A stretch of DNA of 64,000 nt from positions 1 through 64,000 of the forward strand of contig JALDZX010000008.1 in assembly GCA_022813865.1 (NCBI GenBank), in the 5' to 3' direction. This document shows positions 48,156 to 60,733 of this stretch, piece after piece. The stretch is from Xylographa opegraphella (taxonomy: Eukaryota). How positions within the stretch are numbered: position 1 is the first letter of the stretch; the number at the start of each line of letters is the position of its first letter. The position numbers and the translations under genes are program-made. A model generated the notes under the pieces. The model was not told the origin of the DNA and did no database searches. It saw nothing but the letters and a program-made list of their open reading frames with translations.

Positions 48156-49744
48156 ATGTCAGCCGCCTCTCGATCACGTCCGTCTGCTTCATCCAATCGC
48201 CCTCCACAAGCAGATGCTCTGCCTCCCGTCTATCAACCCCCCGCCCACCCCCTCAACGGCTCCGCTCAACGCGCTTTACAGAATCTCCCGCGAGCACACG
48301 ACCTCAAACGCCTGGAATCCCACCTCCAGGCGGTCAACGATACGCTCTCCAACGCCGCAGCCGATATCAACGACCGCTCCTACCAGCGCCAAGTCCGCCT
48401 GCAGAAGGCGAAGGCGAAGAGGCAGCAGCATGGACTGGAGGACACCGAGGAAGATCAGGAGCGAGCGAAGGCGTGCGAGCGGATGGAGGCCGAGGTTCGC
48501 GACCTGACTACGAAGATGGATGGCAAGGTGCGGGAGATGATCGATGCTGAAGCACATGTGCAGGCTGTTAAGGAGGTGCTGGGCGAAGTGCAGGGGAATG
48601 TTGTCGCTGGTGGGGGCGCCATTGCGCCGACGCAGAGTACGCTGGGTGCCAGCCAGTTTCGGCCACGACGCCGAGATGTTGGAAGTGATAGCGAGGAGGA
48701 AGGCGATGCTGATTCGGGTGCGGGCCAAGAGAATGTAGGACCGAGTGAACTGTTGAAGAGAAAGCTGGAAGAGCACGATGCACGATATGGGGGTCTGACG
48801 CTTCGTACAAAGTATGCTATCCTTGGTAATTCCCTTTTTGGATAACCTGATTGACCCCGGTGTTGTGTAGGTATGCACAGCATAACTCCTATGTCCATTT
48901 CAGACGGCTGGTCCACGATGCTACACATCCCGGAGCGGACGCCCCGCCACTACCCAACGCATCTACATGGTTTCCTTCCGATCCACGCGACCCTCACCTG
49001 TCCGATCAAGCGCCTCCTGAGCGCTCGATATCTCCACAGGATGAAGAGTCCGATATCGAAATCGCATCGGTGCGAGTCACTGTGAAATGCCCCCTGACGC
49101 TACTACCAATGCGTGATCCTCTCACGAGCAAGAAATGCCCTCACAGCTTCGAAAAAGCAGCCATTTTGGATATGCTTTCTAGGAGTACCAACTGGGTCGG
49201 TGGCACAGGCAGGCGAGGTGGTGGCACACAGGAGAGAGCGATGAAGTGTCCGGTCTGCGAAGTGGTAATCGATACCTAATATCCCTGGAAAATGGCTTGG
49301 CGGTTTTGGAGCGAGCGCTAACATAATGTTCATTTACAGATGCTTACCACCTCCGATCTCTACACCGACCCAGTTCTCGTTCGTAAAATCAAGCGGCTTC
49401 AAGCAGCTCAAGCGGCAGACGGAGACGACGACCTTGATGACTCCATCGTCTCCCGACAGCGGCAAAGTCAAGGAGGCACCCAGAGGCGGGCAGGGCTCGC
49501 CGTAGACAGTGACGACGAAGACATCGACGCGGATGTATCTTCGGCGCAAAGAATCAAGAGCGAGGGAGCCGCAAGTAGGAGTTTCACGATCGCAGCTGAC
49601 GCCGAAAATGAGGACGAGGAAGCAGAAGCGGAAGAGGATGAGGAGAGTGCAAGGCCGACGCCGAGTCAGGGAGGGGTGATTGTAGATATGGGCGAGGAGA
49701 CCGAGGAGGCCGAAGAGGAGGAAGCGGATGAAGAGGAGGAATGA
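48156..49744 (+). CDS. NSE2: Smc5/6 SUMO E3 ligase Nse2/Mms21 (SP-RING)
   Basis: N-terminal coiled coil, YAQHNSYVHFRRLVHDATH, SP-RING KCPLTLLPMRDPLTSKKCPHSFEK...KCPVC, acidic tail; three exons. Confidence 0.9.
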
Positions 49745-50362
49745 GCGCTGCCTATCCAATACCATACATGGTCCGCTCAATTAATTCTGAATCCCGAGCG
49801 GCAAACTCCTATTCGAACACCCAAGATATCCAGCAACTTCCGAGAGTCGCAAGGGAATACTGGCAGACATGCCAGCGGACGTGTCCCATGTATTGACCTA
49901 GCCAGGAACATTCAGCTCGACTTTAGCCACTCTCGAATTCTGGCACGCTTCACCAATACATGTGGACCGGGTACAATGCATCCTGCCGTTCTTGAACGCA
50001 TCCACCGACCATCCAAGGAGGTTACTGATGTGCGCACGCTTTGCCGCCCAGGGGAGAAAAGTAGAACGATCCGGCCAAGGACTCAAGCCTCAGTGTCCGA
50101 GAGGGTAATTAGAGCAAGCGAACAAGAGTCACCAGTTGGACGAATCACAGGGCACAAGCACAAAGTAGAAAGATTCTTCTTCAACTCAGTAAACATGGTT
50201 TTCCACAAGCTATAATTCACTATAGTCTTGGCTATGGGGTAATGATATTTAAAACGCTCACAGGCGGTGCAAGATCGGATACATCTATTCAAGACGTGCT
50301 CGTCGCAATCCCAAACTCCACGCGAAATTCAATCGACTGTCCAATACCTACATCGCGTTGGC

Positions 50363-51438
50363 CTACCTGGTAATAAATCCTAAGTAGTCGGCCACAATCA
50401 ATGTGATCATTCTGCATTTCAAGCCCGTCAGCAAGTTCCTTGAGTCCCTGACGTTCACATCGGATTTGAGAGGATATGCATAAAGGTAAATTTGAAAGGT
50501 GGGACAGCTTACGCATGCGGCGCGATGCGGACATAGTATGTCCCAAATCCTCTATAGAAGCGTAACCAGCCTTCCTGGACAATCACTTTCCTCGCACAGT
50601 CAGCCATTCCTCGATAGGGCATCTTTCCGTCCGGACCTCTTTGTTGCTTTTGCAGTCGTGTCTTGATAAAGTCGAACGGCAGGCTAAAGAAACTGGCAAA
50701 AAACCCAGCTATAGCAGAAGCCGTAAGTGTCTGTGCATGCGGAGACAGTTGTGTATGCACTTTCAGTTGCGTCTTTGCTTCAGAAAAGAATGCGAGTTGA
50801 CCGAAGTTCAGCGCCATCGCACGTGCAACAGTGGGAAGAGCCCCGGCCCATAGAGCTCCAATCCCTTCTGTTCGAGAAATACGTAGTAGAGCGTCGATGA
50901 CTGAGGTGTAATTGGCCCGCTGAGCAGCGGGTTTCAGCCCGTCACTCTGCATACGAATGAGGGCCAAGTCTGCGGGGTTTCCAATCATTGCTGCCAGCCC
51001 ACCCGCCGAAAGTCCTGCAGCCGCTCTTTCCTTGAAGCCTATCGGCTGCCCTTTAGCATCTGCGCGGGCCTTGGCCATATTGATGAAGGAATCGAAGAAA
51101 CCCAATCGAGCGGTCGTATAAACAGCCTGTCGAAGGAGACCAGCAGAAAGGCCTGTGTACAAGTCGAGTACCTTTCCTGAAGCTACTATCTCACGTGTAA
51201 TGGAAAATGGTGATGCACGGGGACTGGTCGAGAGACCCTCACCCGCAAGCTGTAGTCGGACTTTTATCATGTCGATTGGCTGAATGATGGCAGTCGCGGT
51301 CATACCCGCTAGTCCACCATTGATGAAGGGAAGGGCGGCGCGAGTGTACGGGTGATGAAGTATTGTTGATCCCGCTTTTCGGGCCTCATTTGTACCTTGC
51401 TTAGCAGCCTCGACTCCTTTGGAGGTCTTCGAAGACAT
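50363..51438 (-). CDS. Mitochondrial 2-oxoglutarate/malate (dicarboxylate) carrier, SLC25A11-like
   Basis: Three carrier signatures PIDMIKVRLQ, PADLALIRMQ and PFDFIKTRLQ; GLSAGLLRQAVYTTARLG; final exon AMITLIVADYLGFITR* ends at 50363. Confidence 0.93.
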
Positions 51439-53234
51439 GATCGTTTAAAGCACTGAGATGTAGAGACTACACAGAGGCAGTACCCGGGGAGGACGGCAGT
51501 GTGGCCGACAGGGGAGTATCACGCCTCAGATTGGAGACGAAAGAGGTCCTAGTTCTTCTAGATCTTGTCAGTACTCTGAAATCCAAAGTCATTCAGCAAC
51601 GACGTAGAACGCTTAACAGCGGCAATGCAATTGTTCTGTTCTCAAATTCTCTCTGTTTCAATCCACTTTCCAATTAAGCAGGCATGGAATAGTAGCCACA
51701 TATTCGTACCACGAACGACGGCAACGACCCCGTCAACAGACCACTCGGTCTTTTGTGGAAATGCAGCGATTCTGCATACAGAGACTACCTTGTTGTGCAA
51801 GGATGGTTATTCGGACAGACTTGAGCTTCGCTAGCTGAGGCTCTCAGGAACCTCCGTCAGACACACCACTCGAGAAGTGGGATGAGTGTGGGATAGATGC
51901 CGTCTTGAGGCCACAGCATGGGCCTAGCTAGCATGATGCCTACAGCAGTAGGAGCGCTTGAGCGGCTTCGAGGAGGGGTTGAGGTTGAGAAGAGGGGCGG
52001 TGCCATTGGCGGGGTGCGGGGAAAGCCCAATGGCAAGTTCGTGTGTTGCAAGCCTCGATTGGGCGGTTTCCGATTGAACCCGAAAAGGTTCTCACGAGTC
52101 TGAAGCCAGCATCTCGAGCCAGAAAAGTTTCTGATAGGTAAGTGTGAGGCTCTGTCCAGATTAATGGTTGCTCAGTCGAATATACAGCAGGGCCAATGCA
52201 CAGGCCACGAGAGGAATGACCAATTCGGGAAGGGCTTTTGTCACGCCGCAGATTCCCCCGAGATCTACGTGTGAAGAGTCCAGTGATTTCTCATCCAGGC
52301 TGTCGATACCGATACAACAAAAGATGATTGTTGTATTCGGAAGAATGAAACACAGCGGATGCTTCTTGCTCAAGAAGCCACTCGCTTCAGTAGTACACCT
52401 CAAATGTGTGGCGCGCTAGGATAAGCCACCATGAGGCGAAGCTGGATTAGTCATCTTTAGCTTGCCAAGGCTGCTGAAGCCACTATTCCCTTTCCGAAAT
52501 CTTCTCGACCACATCTTCATTATTGTGATTCCTCCAACCACTCCAGGACTTATCATCGCAGTAGGTAATAATGTGATTGCCTTCGCGTCACGACTGGGAA
52601 CTGTCTAACATATATCACACAAGTCGTTTGTTCCACCGGGATATATTACTGTTACTCGCAAACGTGCATTGTTGGGTCCATGTTAGATCACTTGTGTTGC
52701 CCGCGTTGGCTTCTCTCATATCAGTGCTTCCAAACGACAACCATGTCTTCTTCGAGCCGGAACCTCTGCTCGACAACGATTGGAGTCGTTGATCTGCTCT
52801 GGTTGGTTTACGATAGATTCTCATGACCCAGAGCCACAATCCTCCTACTTCTACATTTCCAAACAGCCCCCGTTGGCTCATTGTTGCTTACATGAAGCTA
52901 TCCCGGTCATCGGGAAGATGCCTGATCGGACTAGACCTGATCTCTTGCCTTCCGCCTGCTATCACAACAGGCTGCACTGTTGCCATCATGTCGGTTGCTG
53001 CACAACATCCTCGTGATGTTGCAGGTTGGCCATCGTTCATATATGGCCATCCTCCGCATGTCCCTATTTTTCGCCTCAAGTAGCTGCATCTTCAACCCGT
53101 GTGGCTTCTTTCCTTCCCATAGAACCTAGTGTTCTTTTCTTTGTAGCGTTTGTATTTCGTTCGTTCTTTTGCAGGCAGCGCCTCTACATTCAAGCTCTGG
53201 AGCTTTAAAGCAGGTCTTTGTTTAATATATAATC

Positions 53235-54332
53235 ATGATCGCCTTAACCTTCCAGTTTGGAGCTGCGCTCGCTATCTTAATTTCGACTATCGACGCTCGA
53301 GCCATACACAAACCAGTCGTTCGAGATGCGCAACAAGCTTTCAGTACGATGGATGTCGGAGTATTCTCGGGCATATTTCCACCTGGGTATAGTATTGGCA
53401 CCGCCATTGGCACCAACCCACCAAATGGCCCAGGTCCTCTAAGCACAGTTGACATGCCAGCTGCAACATCAATCGATCCTATACCTACACCTCCTGCAGG
53501 TACTGGCCACGTGCCTGTTCCAACGCCCAGCGAAGCTGCAACACCGATTTCTCCTGCACCGGTCGACACACCAATTGCTACTCCCAACACGGATACTACT
53601 CCCACGCCTCCTGCTGTTATCGAAACGCCTCCAGCTGTTCAACCGCAAAGTATGCCGGATCCTCCCACGTTTTCAACTGGAATGCCTTTGTTTCCAACCG
53701 GTGTGCCCGTGTTCCCCACGGGAATGCCTGTTGGCCCTACTGCTCCAGCGGTGATGAGTGTTGCACCTCCGCAAACAGCAGAAGCCGTGGCCGCAATCAA
53801 CACCACCTCTGTTGTCCCCGGGGGTGTTTTCATTAGCGTACCATACATGACCGTCACTGTCACCGTCACTGCCTCGCCAGCGTGTGAAGCTCCGCCGGTA
53901 GTAGCAATAGCAAGTCTCTCGACACCTGCCGGGATCTTCGGACCAGGCACCGGTACTGCTGTGACGCCAATCCTGACACCATCCATGCCAGATTCGTCCC
54001 CGATGCCGACCGGTGCAATGCCAGAGTTGCAGCCGAACCCACCCGAAATGATGAGTGCCATGACGATCGAAGTACCGGTACCGATGGCCACCGCACCTGC
54101 GCCAATCGTCCCATCACTAGGCACTGGACTCCCTCCGCCAAACGCTCAGCCTACAGCATCCGTTCTGTTTGGCAACTCGACGTTGCCTGCTTCAACGCCA
54201 GAACCTCCACCAGGACAACCGCTCACGCCCATCGGGACCGCTCCGGGCCCTCTTCGGACGCTGACGGATTTCGGAATCGTCACCAAGACCATCGAGGAGT
54301 TGGCCGCCATCACTACCCTCACGATAGCGTAG
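53235..54332 (+). CDS. Secreted Pro/Thr-rich mucin-like protein
   Basis: Signal peptide MIALTFQFGAALAILISTIDA; 365 aa of low-complexity P/T/A sequence with internal PxFPTG repeats; TATA-like tatataa just upstream. Confidence 0.8.
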   Translation: MIALTFQFGAALAILISTIDARAIHKPVVRDAQQAFSTMDVGVFSGIFPPGYSIGTAIGTNPPNGPGPLSTVDMPAATSIDPIPTPPAGTGHVPVPTPSEAATPISPAPVDTPIATPNTDTTPTPPAVIETPPAVQPQSMPDPPTFSTGMPLFPTGVPVFPTGMPVGPTAPAVMSVAPPQTAEAVAAINTTSVVPGGVFISVPYMTVTVTVTASPACEAPPVVAIASLSTPAGIFGPGTGTAVTPILTPSMPDSSPMPTGAMPELQPNPPEMMSAMTIEVPVPMATAPAPIVPSLGTGLPPPNAQPTASVLFGNSTLPASTPEPPPGQPLTPIGTAPGPLRTLTDFGIVTKTIEELAAITTLTIA

Positions 54333-54698
54333 AAGGATCTTTCATTTTACGGTACGGCTGCTTGTCTCTCTTGTGTGTGCCAAGGAAGTGATACTGATCG
54401 TCCTCGGATAGATTTACAAACCCGTTCCCTTCCAGCCACATTGTTTATAGCGCGCATCGCACCGGCATTCTGCATCTGGGGAGGCGTTTTTGCATTGGGG
54501 GGCAATGGAGTTCCGGATGGGGAAAGGGGTAGGGCGGACTGGTTCTCGGTGCCAACTTCTGCTCGTCCCATGGGATGGGAGCGCTCGCGGCGATTATCCT
54601 GGGCAAAGCTTGATACCCATATTCAGAGCTCCGTAGCCGCCCGCGGACATTAGAAATCCAACTTTCTAGCTTCTCCATTACACCGTGGCAATAATGCA

Positions 54699-54722
54699 GT
54701 GATCGTGATCGTGATCGTGATC
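54699..54722. repeat. (GTGATC)4 microsatellite
   Basis: gtgatcgtgatcgtgatcgtgatc read directly. Confidence 0.9.
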
Positions 54723-55147
54723 AGTGTTGGCCATCTCCCACCGGACCGGCGCTTGGGTATCCAACCCCCCACCACCACCAACTCTTCCTGTTCTTCCACC
54801 GACGGAAACCTGGATTGTCTGAACCCCTTCCCGCCCCCCAGTGGTCCTCCACACAGTCCCCCTCCCCCCCCCCCCACCCATTCCGAACATCCCACATGTG
54901 ACGCGTGAACGACGTGAAACAACAGCGCGCAGGCGGCGGGTTAATAAGATGCCCTTGCCCTTGCCCTTCGACACCAAGGTCTTTCCGTCAACGTCGAACA
55001 GAGAACCAGGCCGGAGCTGATCGGAAGGGCAGCGACCTTACTCTTCAAAGCGGATACGGGGACCGACAGAGTTCTCCAGGGATTTTTCACAACCGAAAGT
55101 TGTCTATCGAAAAGCGTTCACCTAAGGTACTCCTGGAGAACGAAAGC

Positions 55148-55190
55148 NNNNNNNNNNNNNNNNNNNNNNNNNNNNNNNNNNNNNNNNNNN
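55148..55190. other. Assembly gap (N run) followed by a poly-A tract
   Basis: Run of N characters. Confidence 1.
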
Positions 55191-55430
55191 AAAAAAAAAA
55201 AACCATACGGGGCATGTCATTCATCACGGGGCGATCAACGATCAAGCCCAGCTCCCTAGTCTACCCTAATCTAAGCCGCGACCGAGACGGGGGCGTTCTA
55301 ATAGAAGAGAAAATAACCCTCATTGACGGACGGCGAGCTGTGACACAACAGAGCTGATATACCCAATACGGTCGCCCGTCAAACCAGACCCCCATCCCCC
55401 CCACCCCCCCCCCTGCCCCCCAAAAAAGCT

Positions 55431-56778
55431 TCAATCTCCCATCGCAAGTGAGGCTTCCAGTTCGATGACATCCTCAATCTCGACCACGGCGCTGACGTCG
55501 CCCCACGCGTCCACGATGCCGAGCACGGTGCCTTCGCGCAAAAAGGCGCGGCCCCGCTCGCTCAGGCGCATGTCTTCGATCCACTGCCTCGCCTCCGCGA
55601 CGGTGCTCGCCGCGGGCACGGAGATCCAATCGCCCTTCTCCACGACGACGCCGGGATCGAGTGCATGGACCGGGTAGTCGAGCTGCTCGGGCGAGCCGAG
55701 CTTCTGGATCTGGCGAGGCGCGACGATCGTGTCCGAGGCGATGCGCACCCATCCGGAGGGTGACCGAGCGGCTGCGAGGAGGATGTCAAGCGCGGTGAGG
55801 GTCGGACTCGTCATTGAATGTTTGTGCTTTTGTGCGATCGGGACATCGGCAACCGCGACGGCGATATCGCCCATGCGGCGAGGGCCAATCCTTTGCGCCG
55901 TTGCCCCGATGGCGCCGCCAGGATGGTATTTGTGGAACACATCTGCAGGAGAAGGATAGAGGCGGCGGGCAACTGCGATGGCGAGAGCGTCCGAAAGGAC
56001 GAGGGCCGTCGTCGTCGACGTTGTCGGCGCGGGAACACCGAAGGAGGAGGTCTCGGAGACCGGTATAGGCGCGGGGAGAAGAATGCAGTTCGATGCTGGC
56101 CGACCGGCGAAGAGAGGGCAGGTGGACGGGTGAGTGTGCGAAGTGATGACAAGAAGGGGATGGTGAGGCGGAATATGTTGAAGGAGCGCTGAAAGCTCTT
56201 GGGTCCGGCCTGAAAAGGTGAATAACAAAAGGGCATCATTCTGAAGAAAGCTGGTCAGCGTATTGTTTTCACACGTAGGACACCACTCGTCACGGAGAGC
56301 CCACCTCGGCGATTATGCCTAGATCCCCGTGGACGGCCTCGGTCGGGTGCAGGTACACGCTGCGGATGGCGAAGCTGTTCATCGTGGCCTCGACCTTCTT
56401 GGCTATCTTTCCACTCTTGCCCACTCCACTGACGATCAGCTTCCCGCCACGGTGTATTGTCCTCGAGATGACATTGACGGCGTTCAAGAATCCCTCTTGA
56501 GCGACGGGGTCCGAGTGAAGCAAATCCCACATATACTCCACGGCGTCTTTGGCGGTCCATATGACATGGAGGCCGGTTCGAAGGGCTGCCTCGTTGCTCG
56601 CGGCGTCGAGGATCTCGTCGGCGTCCGGTGGCGTCATGGGCAAGGGCGGGATGGGCTCGGAGACGTGAGGAAGGGTGACGGGTAAGAGAGGGGAGACGGG
56701 AGTCAGAGGCTGGTTCTTCTGCATAAACGCAGTCATGGTCGGCCGGTCTTCCATGGCGGGATCGTGTTGGCTTGCCAT
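55431..56778 (-). CDS. KpsF/GutQ-like SIS-domain sugar-phosphate isomerase with a degenerate CBS-like tail
   Basis: GKLIVSGVGKSGKIAKK, YLHPTEAVHGDLG, TFSGRTQEL, APTTSTTTALVLSDALA, FHKYHPGGAIG; one intron at about 56303-56243. Confidence 0.92.
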
Positions 56779-58239
56779 CCGAGGGAAGTCGAGATGATCG
56801 AGGGCCGCTCAGTCAGGCAGTGTGTAATCAAACGAAAATTTTGTACGGTAGATGTTGAGTCGGAGCAAGCGGATGGGACAGAAAAGACACACGGCTGCAG
56901 CCCTTCAGGCTGACTTGTCGATGTTTGGCAGCATGATGACGGAGAGGGTCGACACGGGTCACGACCAAGGCGACCGTCACCACTCCGTGCGTCGAGGATA
57001 TAGTATTCAGAGCTCCTGGTCAAGGCAGCAGCGCGGGCAAGAAAAGATGAGAGAACGTATGAGTAGTGGTGGGAGGTGGGGGGGGGGCAAGGTAGAAGGA
57101 GAAGGAAAGCTTGTGAAAATGCGCCAAAGGTTGATATCTCAGCACGACTTTTCCTTAGCGTGGAGAGCTTTGCCCTGGAGCTCGGAGAAGTTCCGGGGTC
57201 GTTGGTGGCATCATGGCCATCATTGGCATCATTGGCCGGGTCAGCAGTAGGACGATAAGGCCGATGCCGATGCCGATGCGCACGCCATCTTAGGGCGAAG
57301 AAGTTCAGCGTGAAGGACGGGAGTGAACATACTCGGCTTAGTGCAGAGTTTATCGACTCGGAAGGACAGTGATGGCCGGCAGCATCGGTGATAGGCTCAT
57401 CCAGCCCCCCCCACCACGCCTCGTACGTTCGACCGCCTTCGCTCGCCTGCATGCACGCCGTTAGCCGCCAGAACCCTGACGCTAGGCCGTGTGGGTGAGG
57501 TCGATATCATCATGGTTTGCATCTGCGGCCTCGATCGAAGCTAGGGTAAGCTGCCATCGCGCTCAGCGACCCCGTCGTGTCACAGATGGATGAAAAAAAC
57601 TACTGTCCGGTGTACGGTGTAGGGAGTCTGCTAGAACAAGTCTAAGAATAAGCCTGGTGGCCATCCGTTTCAGCTCGAGAATTAATCATCATCCAACGGG
57701 GCCCGCTTCGTCGTCCGTGCTTTCGGTTCTTTCCCTTCCCTCCCGGTTTATCTTCGTCTTCCCTTCCTCTCGCGCCCGCACTAAGGAATACCGTCGTCCC
57801 CTTGTAAGGTCTACGACGCATGCCATGTCTGGTATGATCGATACGTAATCGCCCTCCCTGACACGGTCAGAAGAGTGACCCGAGGTGGCATGAGGGAGTT
57901 GGCACGTTCGATGGGCGGAGGATGGCCTGTCATGGTGCACGTTCCGCCTTCACACGCGTTCGTGCACGCTACGGGCAGAAGGGGGTTTCCATTCGTCTAG
58001 TGCGAGCTACGGAGCAATACCTAATGGCGCCTAAGCTACCCACCGAGCCTGTCCAATCCCTCCCTGCCCACTCTCGTTCCTTTCCGTTTCGGGGGCTAGT
58101 CCTGCTCGTCAACAGCGATGTCGTGTGTAAGGTAGTGAACGCTCAGCCGCCCTCTCCGCCGACGGACGGCAGATAGAAGGGGCCGCGGGGGAAGGATGGG
58201 TCGCATCCTCCCCCGCCTCGGAGCGGCCGCATTCGATCG

Positions 58240-60733
58240 TCACGTGAACGAGGTGAGGTAGCCGGCACGGATGGCGTGGCACCAGTCCGTCACCCGCTCC
58301 GTCGCTCCCCCCGCCTGGCTCCCCTCCCCGCCGCCGTCCTTGCCGCCCACGGCCGCGTCCGCGAGGTGCTGCAGGTTGGCCCGGTCCATCGGTTCCGCCG
58401 TCGCCCGCAGTCCCGCCTTGACCGCGTCCAGCATGAGGCCCTCCCACTGCCGGCTGCCGTTCACGCTGCCCAGTAGCTGTTTCTCCTCAAGGCCTTGGCG
58501 CAGCTGGTTCAAGCCGTTGATGGCGTGCGCTTTGGTCGCCGGGATCCCGGTGAGATCGAGGAAGGTCCGGATGGCCAGACCGACGAAGTGATGCGTCAGC
58601 GGGTTGGCCGGGTACTCGGGCTGGAGGAGCGTCTTGGTGAGGTGGTGGGTCGCTCCGAGGATGTCCAACTGCTGCGCCCGCATCGGGTTGCACGTCCAGC
58701 GAGCCACGAGAAGGGCGTTGTGCTGGAAGACCGCATCGTGGAAGGGGACGCACGCGATCTGAGCGCGAGTCTGCGGGTCGATCTCATTGTCGCTCAGTGT
58801 AGCCTTGATGACGCCCTGGAAAACGTCGGCCAACGGAGCGTTGTTCTCCGACACAGACATCTCTTGCACGATCGTGCCCGTGAGAAAAGCGAGGAGTCGG
58901 CTTTGCTCTAGTGTAGTGTCAGATCTCTGCTAATCCGCTATTCTGCGTGACGATGAAATTGAGCAGAGAGCAACTTACTGGCAATATTGAACACTGATGC
59001 TCCGAGGAAGTCGCGTTCACGGAGCCGAATGTTGGTATGGGGGATCTGGAACTGCGGCAGAGTGCCCGTGCTGAGAGCGTAGTACCGATCCAAGACAATC
59101 AGAATCCAAAAGGCACGACGACCGAGACAGAATTCCGTGTCCAGATCCTGAAGGGGATGAGCGCGGGTGACTGGACTGTGTAGTTTCAGATGCTGAGCCG
59201 CAGCGACAGCGAGCCCGGACCAGACAGCCCTGGCAGGCAAATCCATCGGCAAAGAATGGGCTGGGCCAGTCATATCAGACCCAATGATCATCAACACGCA
59301 AGTCTGGAGGTAGAGCATGTTTTCCAGATCGTTCCGAGCGCCGAAGTGCGTCTGCGCCGGGGATGCAATGCCCAACAATGCCTCTTTGAAGGTTACGTGA
59401 TCGTAATCATCAATCGGGGAAAACGAAGCCGAAGAACGCATTGCCACCATCAGCATCGCGCCGAAAAAGGCATCCCGCAGAATCTTAGGACACTGCACGA
59501 GTATCTTGCGAAGGTTGAGCGGCTCATTCGGAAGCACGGGAAAGGTTGAATGAAGCACAGTGTAGTATCTATTTTTCACGCGTTATTATTGATCGCGTCG
59601 GTCAGGTAGGATAGCATACTGCTCAATCAGCTGCTCTCGTCCAGCTGTAAAGATAGGCATCTTATGCTCCCCTTCGAGATGATAGTCCGGGCCAGGAACG
59701 GAAGTAGTAGTTGAAGCCTGTAAAGTGTTGGCGGACGTGGAGTACTCGTTGGCCAAGTTGTTGTAGGTCATGTCCGCATACGGGGCTGTAGGCTTCACAT
59801 CACCATACGCCGACGGGGGTTCATTAGTGCCGTTTTGTGAGTGCCAACCTGCATTGTTTTGGAAATCGTCGTTCACTCTCTGCATCTGAGATTGTGCGTA
59901 GGCTTGAGCAGGCAAGTTTTCAGACATTGAGTGTGTCCTCTTACGTCCATAAGCACCCTCTCCACCAAGCGCATACTCGTTGGTATTCTGGGCAGAAGAT
60001 TGGATTGGACTCATGGATGCAAATGGAGCAGGCCCCCCTCCGGTGACTTTCTTTTCTACCTGGTCCAGACGATCGGCAAGCTCTTTGATGTACCTATGAA
60101 GTGCGGTTAGCCGGATTACATTGTGTAAGAGGACAACTGCAGTCAAATGTCTGTACCCTTTGCTTGGACCTCTCTTCATTGGCTGTCGACTGAACTGACA
60201 TGACTGCTGGGTACGCATACAGTTTGAGCACTTTGGATGCCCTGGAGCATCGGACTCAGCATCGCAACGGATCTACACAAGTCAGTCACTCTTCACTCCT
60301 CGCAGGAATCCGGATCCCTTCGGTTCGCGAGCTTTTCGCAGCTCTCAACGCGTACCTTCTTACGTCTACACTCATCACACGCACGCGATACTTTGGATTT
60401 CTTTCTAGCAGAGGAATCATCAACATTTGGTGTTTCAGGAAGAAATCCACGCGGTGCAACGCTCTGAGGTGTAGTATTCATTTGCGGATAGCTCTGCATC
60501 TGATGCGTAGGGTAGATGGGCTGCGAAAACTTCTGGTCGACATGCTGCTGCATACTCTGGCCATCGTTCACGCCTTGATTGTTACCTGGACCTATCTCAC
60601 GCGACAGCTGAGCAGAAAGCTCGATTTCTTCTTGAGGGGAAACGCGGTGAGCTTGTTGCGCAGCATAGAATGGCCCGGCTCCTTCGCCAACCTGAGCGGC
60701 TGAAGGAGATGGGTAGGAGTTGTTGTGAGACAT
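58240..60733 (-). CDS. Zn(II)2Cys6 transcription factor, Rgt1/McrA-like, multi-exon
   Basis: KKSKVSRACDECRRKK|IRCDAESDAPGHPKCSNCMRTQQSCQFSRQPMKRGPSKG|YIKELADRL; middle region YYTVLHSTFPVL and RRAFWILIVLDR; C-terminal NLQHLADAAVG. Confidence 0.9.

Noticed and set aside
56733..57452. 239-aa ORF upstream of the SIS gene
   Set aside because: Low-complexity, repeat-derived translation in GC-rich leader DNA with no domain signal.
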